Source: Utricularia gibba (Eukaryota > Plantae > Magnoliophyta). From it: DNA of 64,000 nt. How positions within the stretch are numbered: position 1 is the stretch's first letter; each line of letters opens with the position of its first letter. The stretch covers positions 2,728,001-2,792,000 of the forward strand of contig NEEC01000007.1 of the NCBI GenBank assembly GCA_002189035.1. The letters run 5' to 3'. Shown here piece after piece: positions 36,503 through 48,528 of the stretch. A program made the position numbers and the translations under genes. The notes beneath the pieces are model-generated. The model saw only the letters and a list, made by a program, of their open reading frames with translations. It had not been told where the DNA came from and searched no databases.

Positions 36503-39306
36503 TTATACGTCTGGCTCTCGTACAGAAACTGGCAAGTCGAGCTCTGGTTCGACTTCACCCAGAGGAGAGAAGAAGGAAGCCACCATGTCGTCGCTAACTT
36601 CCTCCAAGGTGGGTGGATTCCACTGAAAAGTGATACAGGAGAGAGGCTCCCCATGTTGACCATTACCTTATGTTTACATGTAACTGTGTTTACTAGAGAG
36701 AGACTGCATACCTTAGGAGCAAAATCCTTATCTACCAATCTTGCACGTATGCCCTTCAAGATAAAAGGGAAACAAATTGAGCGAGGTTTTGTTTTTACAC
36801 TCCAATTGGCTAACAAAACAAGACTGATATTCGAACAAGAATGATCATTTTGAGGTCAAGAAAAAAGGATACCTCACAGAAATCATCTGACACTCGTCTT
36901 GATATGAACCTAAGAGATATGCGATACTCGCGAGTGAGGCATTGGTCAAGGGTCTGAAATCTACCTTCACGAATCTTAAAAAATGGCATGAAAATATGAG
37001 TTAAAATTAACTAGAGATAGAGGAGATGATGGTGTGCTAGCACAAGAGAGCATACTGATTGTAAAGCCACTTTCAAGCTCAATGGGGATGCTTCCTTGAT
37101 TTTGTCCAGCACAAGAGCACACCACTTATCACTGGAACCAGAAGCTTTATCCTCCTTCAGGACAATATAAAACGTAGCAGAATGTCTTGACAGAAACAAT
37201 ATACTATAGAAGATTCATCTAGGAATTACCAGTGCTGTAACAATTTCCTCCACTGTGTCATGGCAGAAAACTTCATCAATTGCTTCCATCCTAAATTATG
37301 TTAACGTTTTTTCAAGTATAAAAAACCAAAAATACACAGTGGTAGTATTGCAGGTACCATACGCCCAAAGGATGAGAATAGAAAACTTACTTATGAAGCA
37401 CACTTGTCTTTTCTGGATAGACTAAGCTACCATATTGAGCGAGAGAACTCCCAATGACAGAAGGATCATCAGTTATTAATTTACCTAGGCGTTCTTCAAT
37501 CCATGGGAGTTTCTGTCAAGGAAACTAAGTTACTGATAGCATCGATACACAAGTTCCAAGTAAAATGGCCTGAGTTGTATCAAACATACTTCCTTAGGTG
37601 AGTAATGTGTAGCAAGACTACAGCCCATCATGTCAGCGCCATTCAACTTATCCCCTGTAAGAGCTAGATATTCACCTATGGTCACAGATCATCAGTCAGT
37701 TGTCCGTTGGAGGTGTTCAGCAGGGGGGGGGGGGGGGACAAGAATGCTGGCTGTTAGCGGTAGAGACTCAATGTCTAATTCCTAAAACATTCATTTTGAA
37801 ACACAACGGTTTTTGTAACTTGCACAAAAGCAAATTTTATCAAATCAGAACAACACCTAAATAGCCAGGAAGGCGAGAAAGGTAGTACGAAGACCCAGCA
37901 TCCGGATGGAAACCCAGTTGAACCTCTGGAACTGAGAAAACCTGAAATTAGAGGCCCAAATTCAATGGTCAGAAGATTAGAGAAATGTTCTTAACAAAAA
38001 AAAAACTGATGGCAGGCTGATAAAAAAATGAACAACATGCCGAATCTCAAACAACGAATTTCATACAGTTCTATCAGTAACGATGCGGAACATCCCATGA
38101 ATTGGAATACCTCCTCCGCCTCCCATTACAATACCGTCCATTACTGCAACCTGAGAAATGGCAGAATCACCAAACAATTCAGCTACAGTACTTTAGGAAC
38201 AGTTCAGCCGACAAAAACAGGATACATGAAGACTCTCATGTCAACAAGGCATGTATTTTCCCTGCCAACCTTCTTAACAAGAACATGACAAAACGAGTTG
38301 ATTTAGATTTCCAACTCAGGATGCAGAATTGCCTCTCATACTAAACATAATGATTTCAGGAAAGAAAACTCACATGCGGCCTGAGATATGTACCCAACAC
38401 ATAGACAAATTTGTACAAACTCCGAAAAAACTCCTTGCATGCATCAGTATTACCTGAAAGTAAATTAAGCAATTGAAAGAATAACCAAGAGTCATTACCT
38501 TAAGGAAAAAATTACATTAAGGTGCTTTTCGAACAAACATGCCTTTAGGAAGTAGCAAATAAAATAATGATAAAAAGGGCGCTTATCACAATGAGCATGA
38601 AGATAACCTTCACTAATTTTCTTGAACAGCTCAACGACATCAGTTCCAGAGCAGAATGCCTTCCCACTGGCTCCCTTCAAGAACAACAAAAAAATTAGGA
38701 GAAGTCCAAAATGTATTTTTCAGTAGCAGAATTACAAAGTCATCACCTTCATTGTGACGAATCCAATGTCTGAATTGTCCTCCCAAGACTCATATAAACG
38801 ATTCAATCGAGCCACCTGTAATTCAATGCGTGAAATATGGAATGCATAAGCAGTTCATTTGAACTCCTAAAACATAAAAAGACATGGATGAACAACAGCT
38901 ATTTTGAATTTATACAGGAAGTTAATTGAACAAGAACATGCTTGACTATAGTTTCCCAATCTAAAAGCAGTGCATATGATGCATACAACTCAATGAGTAG
39001 AAAACAGGTAGCGAAATGAACCTGACCATTGAAGATGAAAGAGCATTCAGTGAAGATGGCCTGTTGAGAATCGCGGCCCTTGAATTAGCCCTTCCTTCCA
39101 CTAACACCTGTACGTTTAATGAATTAGAATGACAAAAAGCTATCTAAAAAGGTAACACAGGCAGATAAAGACAGCAATTTGAGCAAAATATCATCACATA
39201 TGCCTCCTTTAAACCTCAGTACCGGGTATACGACAAAATCACAAACCAGGGCGACACTGCTCCAACAAAAACACGGCGCATTTGTCTGATGCCTGAACTT
39301 TGACAT
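36503..39306 (-). CDS. 3-hydroxyisobutyryl-CoA hydrolase-like protein, mitochondrial (mS47/At4g31810-like); exact N-terminus uncertain
   Basis: VLVEGRANSRAAILNRPSSLNAF, VAVMDGIVMGGGGG, PEVQLGFHPDAGSSYYLSRLPGYL, KEASPLSLKVALQS, GIRARLVDKDFAPK; ends ELDLPVSVREPDV*. Confidence 0.9.
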
Positions 39307-39889
39307 TGCCCCAACCGGAGAGCCCACAAATTTGAAGTATCCCGAATGCAATACAGAGAATTACAAAACCCCAAAAATGAGAGGAAGAGAAAAATCAATC
39401 CTTGCCTCTTGTTGCAGACAATCGGGCTGCGCATAATTGGGAAGAGCAGAAAAGCTTCTCCTATGCCATGAACCGACGCCACCCTTATTCCAACGACTCA
39501 GGTGAAACAAGAACCTCCCCTTCGCCATTCTCACAAATGATTAAGATTTCAGTTCATTCAGGCTGGGGATCCTTTTTCTTTTATATTTTCGGCTTCTTTA
39601 GAGCGGCGGCGCGTGAACTCCCCAGCAAAACCAACTATTCGTTGCTCGGGAAATTTTACTACACATCCCCCAAAATATATATAATAATAACACACCGTGG
39701 AATTCTCGCATTTCGAAAATTCCTTTTACGAATATAATATTTCGAAATAAATATTGAAAATTCATTTATCGACATACTTTTTTTTTTTTTGTTTTTACTA
39801 GCATTACCAATGTTCTGGAAAACAATAATAGTTTTTCACAAATTTTGTATATTTTATGAATGAAAAGTTAAAGTTTGTGCTTCTTAAAC

Positions 39890-41337
39890 CTCACATTTTT
39901 TACAAACTTCAGAATAATCATCTAATGTTCGAATCAAGACGCTGCAGGAGGATGAAGAATCAGCTCCAATGCATGGGCAACGAGCAGGTTAAAAGAAGCA
40001 GGAGAATAAAGCAAATGGGAGGACAAGGAGAGCTTTACCTGCTAATGATGATGGGATGAACTGCTTGAAACTGCAGCTTGAAACAGGAAAGGAAAGTTGG
40101 TGTATGAGAAATGGCTCAAGTTCTGAGCATATGATGAACTGGTAGTCGTTTATGGCTTGCTAATCTAACCAGCAGCCAAGACAAACCAGCCCACTGTCCA
40201 AACGAAACGAAAAATTCAACGCAATGAACGTAAATATGGATCTAGTATGCTCCACAGAACAGAACTTTCAAGAAAACTAACCAGGAGAGGTTGAGGAATC
40301 AGGTAGAGTGATGAAAAAGCTCAAGGTAAGTGCATCCATGGAGGGGAAGAATGTGGCTTTGATTTCTATGGCCATATAATGAGGGGAGAGTATAGCAGCA
40401 GGTGGCATATTATGGCGATGTGTATGCTGCCCCATTCATGTAAACGAATTGTAACTGCTGTCTCATTTGGAAGGAACTGCTTTCTCTAATGTAAACCATT
40501 AGAGAAATATACCATATTTTGAAAACAACTTGCTTTCCGCAAGAATGTATCTCCTTTTTCAAAGCATCACCAGTAGCAAAATCGAGAAATCGAAGGACAC
40601 CATGATTACTATATTTCAAAAGTATCAACAGATGCGGTACTTAATTCGAAAAGGGAGAAACTGTTAGCAGTAGCCTACATGAGCATTTGTATTGAAAGAG
40701 AGTATTTCCCAGTTGCCTGAGACACTGGCACATCAAAGCCTCAGCACCAAAAGATGTCCTGAAACAAGGGAAACAGTACTAGATTCCAAAGGCCATGGGA
40801 TTGAATGAAATGCAGTCAATCAGAGAGCAAAAAAGCCATGAAAAACTGCTTTAAAAGAAATGATTGTTGGTCAGGCTCTCTGCTTCCAATTTCGTATACT
40901 TTTCTCTTCTCAAGCAATCCTTAGTCATTACCTCAGATCAGCCCCAATTGGCTGTCTTCTCATGAATCAATCAATTCTATTCTCCGACAAACATAGAGCA
41001 ATAGAAACTGCGAAAAGAAAAATCCCCTGGACCAAAAATACTGAGAATTTTTTTACACACCGCCTCGAGAATTCCGTGCATCAAGTGGCCCGTGGCAACT
41101 TCACTAGTGAGATTTCCTTCTCGATTGCTGTTTATCAGTTGCTAACCTGTAAATCCAGTAAACCTAGGGAAAGAAAAACCTCAGAATCAAACAGATAGTC
41201 GGTGAAACAAAAAGTTGTCATCAAGAAACAAGGATCCAAACCAATGCGAGCAAATGAGCGAGAACCAGCATGACGATCATTAGAGGAACGAAATCGAGAA
41301 ACCATGGACGAATCGGAGCCTGATGCGGATTCGCCAT
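39890..41337 (-). other. Spliced-looking locus without a long ORF (lncRNA, small-ORF gene or pseudogene)
   Basis: Canonical exon blocks 41337-41303, 41146-41061, 41007-40932 and a ~90-nt GT-AG intron near 40037-39946; only short ORFs. Confidence 0.35.
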
Positions 41338-41764
41338 TGCAGTTGCTCCACTGGCGCGCAATTTGCTGCGAGTAGAACGAACTAAATAGAAAATGATAAA
41401 ATAAATTCGGATAAATGGAAAGAAAAGATGCTTGAGGGCATTAGTGTAATATATTTTGAAATTTATATATTTAGTAGATTTTCAATTTGTAATATAATAT
41501 ACATACTCATTTCAATATAAATAATTCAATTACATTATTAATTCAACTATCTTAATAAAGTACTTTTAGGTTTAGACTCATTTAAATGTCCACCTTTGGG
41601 CATTGAACCAGGAAACCAGGAAACAATCACAGCAACATATGATCACCTCATGCTTCTACTTATGATGCTATATTGTCAAACATGCAATCCGATTCTCGAA
41701 AAGATGAATTCACTTCCGATTACACTTGCAGTGCAGTCATCTTCTAAGGATCCAAGGGCCGGGT

Positions 41765-42563
41765 TCATGTGCTTTGGGGCAAGTTTCTCGGCCTCCATAG
41801 CCCAAGTCTGTACTTGTGGGCATATTTTAGTATCAGCTTTCTCTGCAGCAAAGAAAGAAGCTTCCATATAAGAATTTCTCCAATGTAGGGTACTAGTAAG
41901 TTCCACAAGAAATATGAAATCAACCATCGATTTAGAAGAAACTATACAAGAGTGGTGCAGCAGACAAATAATGTCAAGAAGGTAAGAAATGAAGTGAAGT
42001 GGGAAAAGGAACAAAACTATCGGTCAGAAAAAAGGGCTACAAATTTTCTCAAGGATCATAAATCATGTCATGCTAACAGTCATTACTCAACGATAGCAGA
42101 AACGGAATCAAGTCGAGCACCAGATAGGTGTTACTGATACATGCACAAAAATGTTCTTTCCTTTCTTTCAAGAAAAAAGTTGAACAAATAACTCTTCTTA
42201 CATCTTGGCAACGGATTCCAAGTCTCTTAAGTTTGATGGTCCGCGTGACAAGCAGCCTCTGCAAGTCCCCGATCTCTGCTTCGAGCTTTTCAGTGTGTGA
42301 CTCCAATCCTTTCCCTACACCCTTCAAGAATTCTGGGATCCCAACCTTCACTGAAACACACATTTTTTTTTGGAAAATATAGAAGGTCATGAATGCTTCA
42401 TGCATCACGTAAGTGTGATAATAATAAGAACTAGAAGGGACAGAAAAATACCCATGTAATCGCCCATTTTGGAGTAGAATCTACCCAATCCAGGTTCAAG
42501 ATTCTTATTTCCAATGAAAGACGATGACCTTGTACTCCAAAAAATTAGTTGCCTCCAAGCCAT
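41765..42563 (-). CDS. IGR-motif mitochondrial ribosomal protein (mS41-like), 3 coding exons
   Basis: MAWRQLIFWSTRSS..KVGIPEFLKGVGKGLESHTEKLEAEIGDLQRLLVTRTIKLKRLGIRCQD|RKLILKYAHKYRLGLWRP; matches recalled At5g26800-type proteins. Confidence 0.88.
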
Positions 42564-44781
42564 TCGTAAAAGTAGTGTACAGAAACCTAAAATGTTAATG
42601 GGTACACCAACCTGAAAACATAATGAAAAGCTTAAATACACCATATGAAATATGAGACACCAAAGAAGCAGTAGTTCATGAATACTGTCCTGTAATCCTA
42701 GACTCCGAGAAGCTCGATAAACATCCCCAAAAGACTCTACTCAATAAGCTACAAATTACTTCAATTTCTCGCTGCAGTACCCATGCGGCACCCAGAATTC
42801 ACTTCCCAAGTAAAGCCAATCACATCCTCAACATCCCAAAATAATGAATGTGGGCATAATTAAGGAATAACAGAGTTTCAAGCCTCCATTTACACCAGCA
42901 TTCCCCGGATGCAAAATTATAAACACAAACGAAAGCAAATAGGCTGTGTATATTACATCCACTTAGTCACAAATCTCCATTTACCCAAAGATTCTACCGT
43001 AGATGTCGAAGGAAAACGCCTACTCTTCCCCTTTTGTACGAGATATCTCCACCCCCACGGCCACGGGAACGCCGAAATCGCAGATTTGAGGAAGATGACC
43101 CTGTCGACTGGTGTGTGTTAAGTTTCGTTCACAGGCCCAATTTTACTGATTTTCAGTCTAACAGGTCGGCCCATTTGATAAATATATCTGATCGGTTCTA
43201 ATATGTATTCCAAATTATATATATTAAAATCAATTTTAAAATTAGCTTTTAAATTTTAAAACTGTTTTATAAAATAAATTATATTATAAAAAATTCATAT
43301 ATATTAATTATATAATTTAATAAGAATAAATAGAGATATTTTTAAGGGATGTATAAAGTAAATATTATAATTTTTCTATTGAATCTTTTATCTAGTCATT
43401 AAAATGAAGATTAAATATATTTGATAGTTTTTTCATTAAATATAAGAATGGGAATTTATAAAAATGAAATAAAATCATTTCAATAAATTTAAATCACATA
43501 ACCTACCCTTGTTTTAGATTTGGAGAATTTTGATTCGAAAACCGACAAATACAAATAGGCAATCATTCCTTCAATCACTGTCTCTATCGGTAAATGCACA
43601 TGCATTAATACATGCCCAGTGAAATACCGTAAACGCCCCTACGTCATTAGTAGGTAGGTACCCCTGCAAGGGTAGCTACTCGAAACAAAAGGATGACTAC
43701 CCTGTTTGACTTTAGAAGTTAAAATTAAATGTTTGGTAAACTGCTTTAATTAGTTCCATAGTAAAATTAATTGAGATTAATTTACACAAAAACGAATATT
43801 TTAAATACATATGGATATGTTTTATAGAAATTATTATTTCATAAATATTTAACATTTTCTTGATATAAAGTTTTAACAAACTTGAATAATAATTAAAACC
43901 AAAATCTTTTTGAAATATAAAAATAATATTTATTCCATTATCATTATATTAATTAAATTGATTAATAGATATTATTTATCGTCAATGTTTGATGAAGCTT
44001 CACATCAGCCCTAACTAGACGCGGGGGAGCCTGTGACCGTTGCATCTTTTGCTTTCGAAAAGCGGAAGCTTTGACATCATGGCAGCGTTCCGGTCTTTTT
44101 CTGTAGATTGCTCAGGTTTTAAGGTTATTTTCGTTTAAGGTCGTCGGCGTCCTTGTCCTGGAAGAGCAAATCATTTCACGAGCTCGCTCTCCACCGTAGC
44201 ATGCCAGTGGTTGAATGAATTGTGTACATCACCGCATTTACTGTGGCGTCTGTGACTGGAGATTGGAGACGTCGATGCCCCCTTTTCTTTCCCTCTCTGC
44301 GTGCCTCCCAGTACCTCCATGTGGCAGTGACAGAATTCTTGTCCCCTGATCTTTTTCCCCTCCACGCATCTTCTCAAAAGGTGAAAGGAAAGGATTTTTG
44401 CATTTGAACTCTTTGTTGGTTATCTCAAAGAATCTGTATCTGTCTATTATTCCCTAGTGCTCGATATCTGTGATAGATGCAGGTGGGTATTGTGATTTTA
44501 CATACAGATTTTTTTTTTTTTATGCTTGATGTTGGTTATAAAGATTTTTTTTTGTCATTGGCATTTGTGCATTGTTTTTGGGTGTGCTGGGATAGATCTG
44601 TTTAATTTCCTTGTGCAAACCCCAAATTCGGAAAGCCATATGTGAACATGTTATCTCAGCTGTGAAAGAAAGCATTCTTGTAAGTTCTGATTTTTATACT
44701 ATTTCCGATTCTCTTTTGTTTGATTTCGTTGTATTTGCTTATCTATATGCAGATTGTTTAAGGGAGTGTTAGAAAGTTAAT

Positions 44782-47214
44782 ATGGGTTGTGCTCAGTCGA
44801 CGGTAGATAATGAGCATTCAGTGGCTAGATGTAAGAAAAGGAGGAATCTTATGAAAGAGGCTGTGGCTGTGAGACATGCTTTTGCAGCAGCCCACGCTGG
44901 TTACACTGTGGCTCTCAAGGAGACTGGTGCAGCTTTGAGTGATTATGCTCAAGGTGAGTTTCCTGCTCCGCATCCTGAGGAAGGAGTGCCGTCTGAGTTG
45001 CCAGTTTCGGAGAAGCCACGGCCACCTCCACCACCTCATGTGGAATCGAGCCTTCCCCCTCCTCCACCGCCCCTTCCAACCTTTTCTCCTGCTGCGCCTC
45101 CACTGAAACGTGCTACTACAATGCCACCAGCATTGCTGCATTCCGAGAATGTGAAGAGAAGTATGAAAGGTGGTGAAAATGGTGAGAGTGTTGTCTATGA
45201 TGATGATGAGGAGGAGGAGAAGGGAGGATTACATAGGAGGAAGAAAGGAGTTGGGAGAAGGGCAATGGAGGCGCCTCAACAGACTTCACCCAATCCAGAT
45301 ACTCCACCTGAAATAAGGGGAGTGGTATGGGATTATTTTTTCAATGACGAAATGCCCCAACCAACAGTGGATGAGGTTCAAGAGGAGGAGGAGTATATAG
45401 AAGAGCAAGCTCAAAATGCTAAGGTGAACTTTAATGACTTTGAAGAGAATGGTGACTTCACAACACCTGAAAAGCAGGGAAAATATGAAGAGGTTGCCGA
45501 AGATTTTATGACACCTGAAAAAGCATCCGCAACTGTCTCCACGGAGAAACAGTTTCTGCATACGATTTCAGCACCACCCACGGTGAGTCAACTCGGCACA
45601 ACAAACAAAAATGTGGTGAGAAGGAATAATGCTGGAGAGCTGCTGAGAATGCTGAGTCAGATTGATGATCAGTTCCTCAAGGCATCTGAAAGTGCACAGG
45701 AGGTGTCTAAGATTCTTGAAGCTATAAAACTGCATTATCATTCAAATTTTGTAGATAATCGAGGTTCTCAATCAGATTCTATAGCATTTCTTAGATACTT
45801 TCAACGCATTAATGCTTCCTGTGATTTCAAAGCTCACGGTGATGCTTGATATTTTCAGGACACATTGACCATGCACAAAGGGTTATGCAAGTGATTACCT
45901 GGAATAAATCTTTTAAAGGTGGTCCAAATGGTGATGTGGCTACAAACAGCGGTGAGGCAGAGGACACTGAGACACATGCCACTGTGTTAGATAAGTTGCT
46001 GGCATGGGAGAAGAAGCTATTTGAAGAAGTAAAGGTGAAGCTTATTTACATCTGGTTGAAACCTCATTCTTGGTTTTTAGCTCATATGGATTCCCTTCTT
46101 GAATGTTTCCACAGTCTGCTGAGCTAGTTAAGCTTGAATATCAGCGGAAAGTCAGTGTGTTGAACAAACTGAAAAAACGTAGTGCAAGTCCTGAACAACT
46201 GGAGAAAGCAAAAGCTGCTGTGAGCCATTTGCATATGCGATATATAGTCGATACGCAGTCGTTAGATTCGACTATATCAGAAGTGACTGACATCCGTGAC
46301 AAGCAGCTGTATCCTAAGCTTGTGTCCCTTGTTCAAGGGTGAGTTCCCATTTTCACCTTCAAGTCTATCTTTTGTTCCATGCTTTAGTTTTCTTTGAATC
46401 TTGAAGGATGGCCACGATGTGGGAATCTATGTGCGAGCACAGCGACAGCCAGTTGAAGATTGTCTTCGATCTCAAGGTGATAGATGGAGCTGCAGTTCTC
46501 TTCGAGACGACGAAAGGACACCATGAGCGGACTAAGCAGCTTTCTGCAGCAGTTGAACAATGGCACTCCCAGTTTGATAAGCTTGTGACCAGCCAAAGGC
46601 AGTACATCAGCACCCTCAACAACTGGCTGAAGCAGAACCTTGTTCCAATCGAAAGCACACTGAAGGAAAAGCTCTCCTCGCCTCCTAGAAACCCAGCACC
46701 ACCAATCCAGCGATTGCTCAGCTCCTGGAATGACCATCTCGAGAAGCTCCCGGACGAAGTGGCGAAGATCTCGATCTTTTCATTCGCGGAAGTCATAAAG
46801 TCGATATGCATTCATCAAGAGGAGGAAATGAAGCTTAAGGAGAGGTATGAGAATACCAGGAAAGAGTACATCCGCAAGAGACAGGCATTTGAAGACTGGT
46901 ACCAGAAGCATATGATGAAGCATACACCACCTGATGAAAGCAATCCCGAAAGGGCTGTCGATTTGGGTTCGAAAGACCCCATTGTGGAGAGACAGACCGC
47001 TTTGGAAAGCTTGAAAAAGAGACTGGACGAGGAAGCAGAGACTCACAGCAAGCATTGTCTTCAGGTTAGGGAGAAGTCTCTAGCAAGCTTGAAAATCCGG
47101 TTACCGGAGCTATTCCAAGCACTCTCCGATTACTCGCATGCTTGCTTCGACTCATACAAGAGCCTCCGGCTGCTTTTACAGTCGCAGCATCTGAATCAAG
47201 GAGCAAGACAATGA
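44782..47214 (+). CDS. DUF630/DUF632 protein (APSR1/NRG2/REL2 family), 4 exons (44782-45763, 45859-46034, 46115-46338, 46407-47214)
   Basis: [94 protein letters not shown]. Confidence 0.93.
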
Positions 47215-48528
47215 GACTTGTGTTCGAATGTGAAGTTGTTTTTGCATTTTGCCCCCAGTATTTTGTTATATTTCGAAAGTGATCTAATGAATATATTTGT
47301 GAATTAATTTAATTTGAATATATATTCTCTAATGAATTAATTAAAAATGAAAAATGAAAAATGAAAATTGTGAATATTCAAAACAGTACGCCATTTTTTA
47401 ATTGAATTTCCATTTTAGAAAGTAGAAGTCGATCGGGGCCATTGGATCGGAAGGGGACATCTCAGCCGTCGGATTCACCAAGTAGTTTTTAATTTAACGT
47501 TCGTCCCCCTTCTCATGTTTTGAAATCTTTCATTACCGTTCTTGCACTTTTCCTCTCATTTCTCAGGGCATTCTCTATCAAGATTCGTGCTCTGTTACTC
47601 GTGCCTACTACAGATCCGCTATCTCTCGTTAGGCCAGTGGATTTCGTGTACCTGTTTGATTTTCACACGAGATCTTCGCCTGCTAATCGAATGATGTGAA
47701 TGCTTTTGGTGTTGGATTTGAGGTTTAAGTGAGCTAATTGAGGTAAGTTTCTGGAATGAAGCATTGAATTGGAATCTTTTTGGTGTTTTTGAATGTGGGG
47801 GTAGTTTTGGTTTTTGGAGTAAGTGATTCAAACTTGCATGAGTGGTTTTAGGAAGTTGGTTGATGATTTTCCTTGTAATTTTGTTTAGTTTTACCTAGAC
47901 TTTTTACTCATATTTCAGTTTTCGTATGTGGGGTTGTGCTGTGATTATTCTTTTGAATGTTTTTTTTTTTTTTTTGAAACCCGTAATTGAAATTATCCTT
48001 GAATGCTGAGTATTCAAATGGGTATTCTTATTGTTCTGTCACTGGGTATTCTTAGTTCATGTTACCGTGTTCAAGTGGTTTCAGTGGCAATGTTGGCCTG
48101 GTAATTATGTTTCACAGTCGTGTTTGAACGTTTACTTACCGCATTTTGCAGGTACTCTCTTATCTTCATATTAGTCGAAGAGGTGAAATAAGTAGTTTTA
48201 TGATATATGGCTCTTTCACAAAGAGCATGCTGTGTTTGATTTGCTCAAATCAAGCATATGAAGGTGATAATGGTTGCTATGCTTTTATAAACATTGCAAC
48301 TTCTTGATTTCTTGAAGTATGATTAATCAGGTTCGATTGCGCATGCTCCAGTGATTTGCATCTCTGTTATGCTTTTCCTGGCAAGATCTCTTTTCTTATT
48401 ATTTTATCTGATCCCAGGCCGACAACCCCTCTTGTGGTACGGTATTATAGGAATGATTACCAGACGACCTGTTGAGGAACTTGCTCGTAACTTCAGCATC
48501 AGTTACTGTTCTCCTTTCTTAAGTAATT

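Noticed and set aside
37723-37737. G15 homopolymer in an mS47 intron
   Set aside because: Simple homopolymer with no further structure
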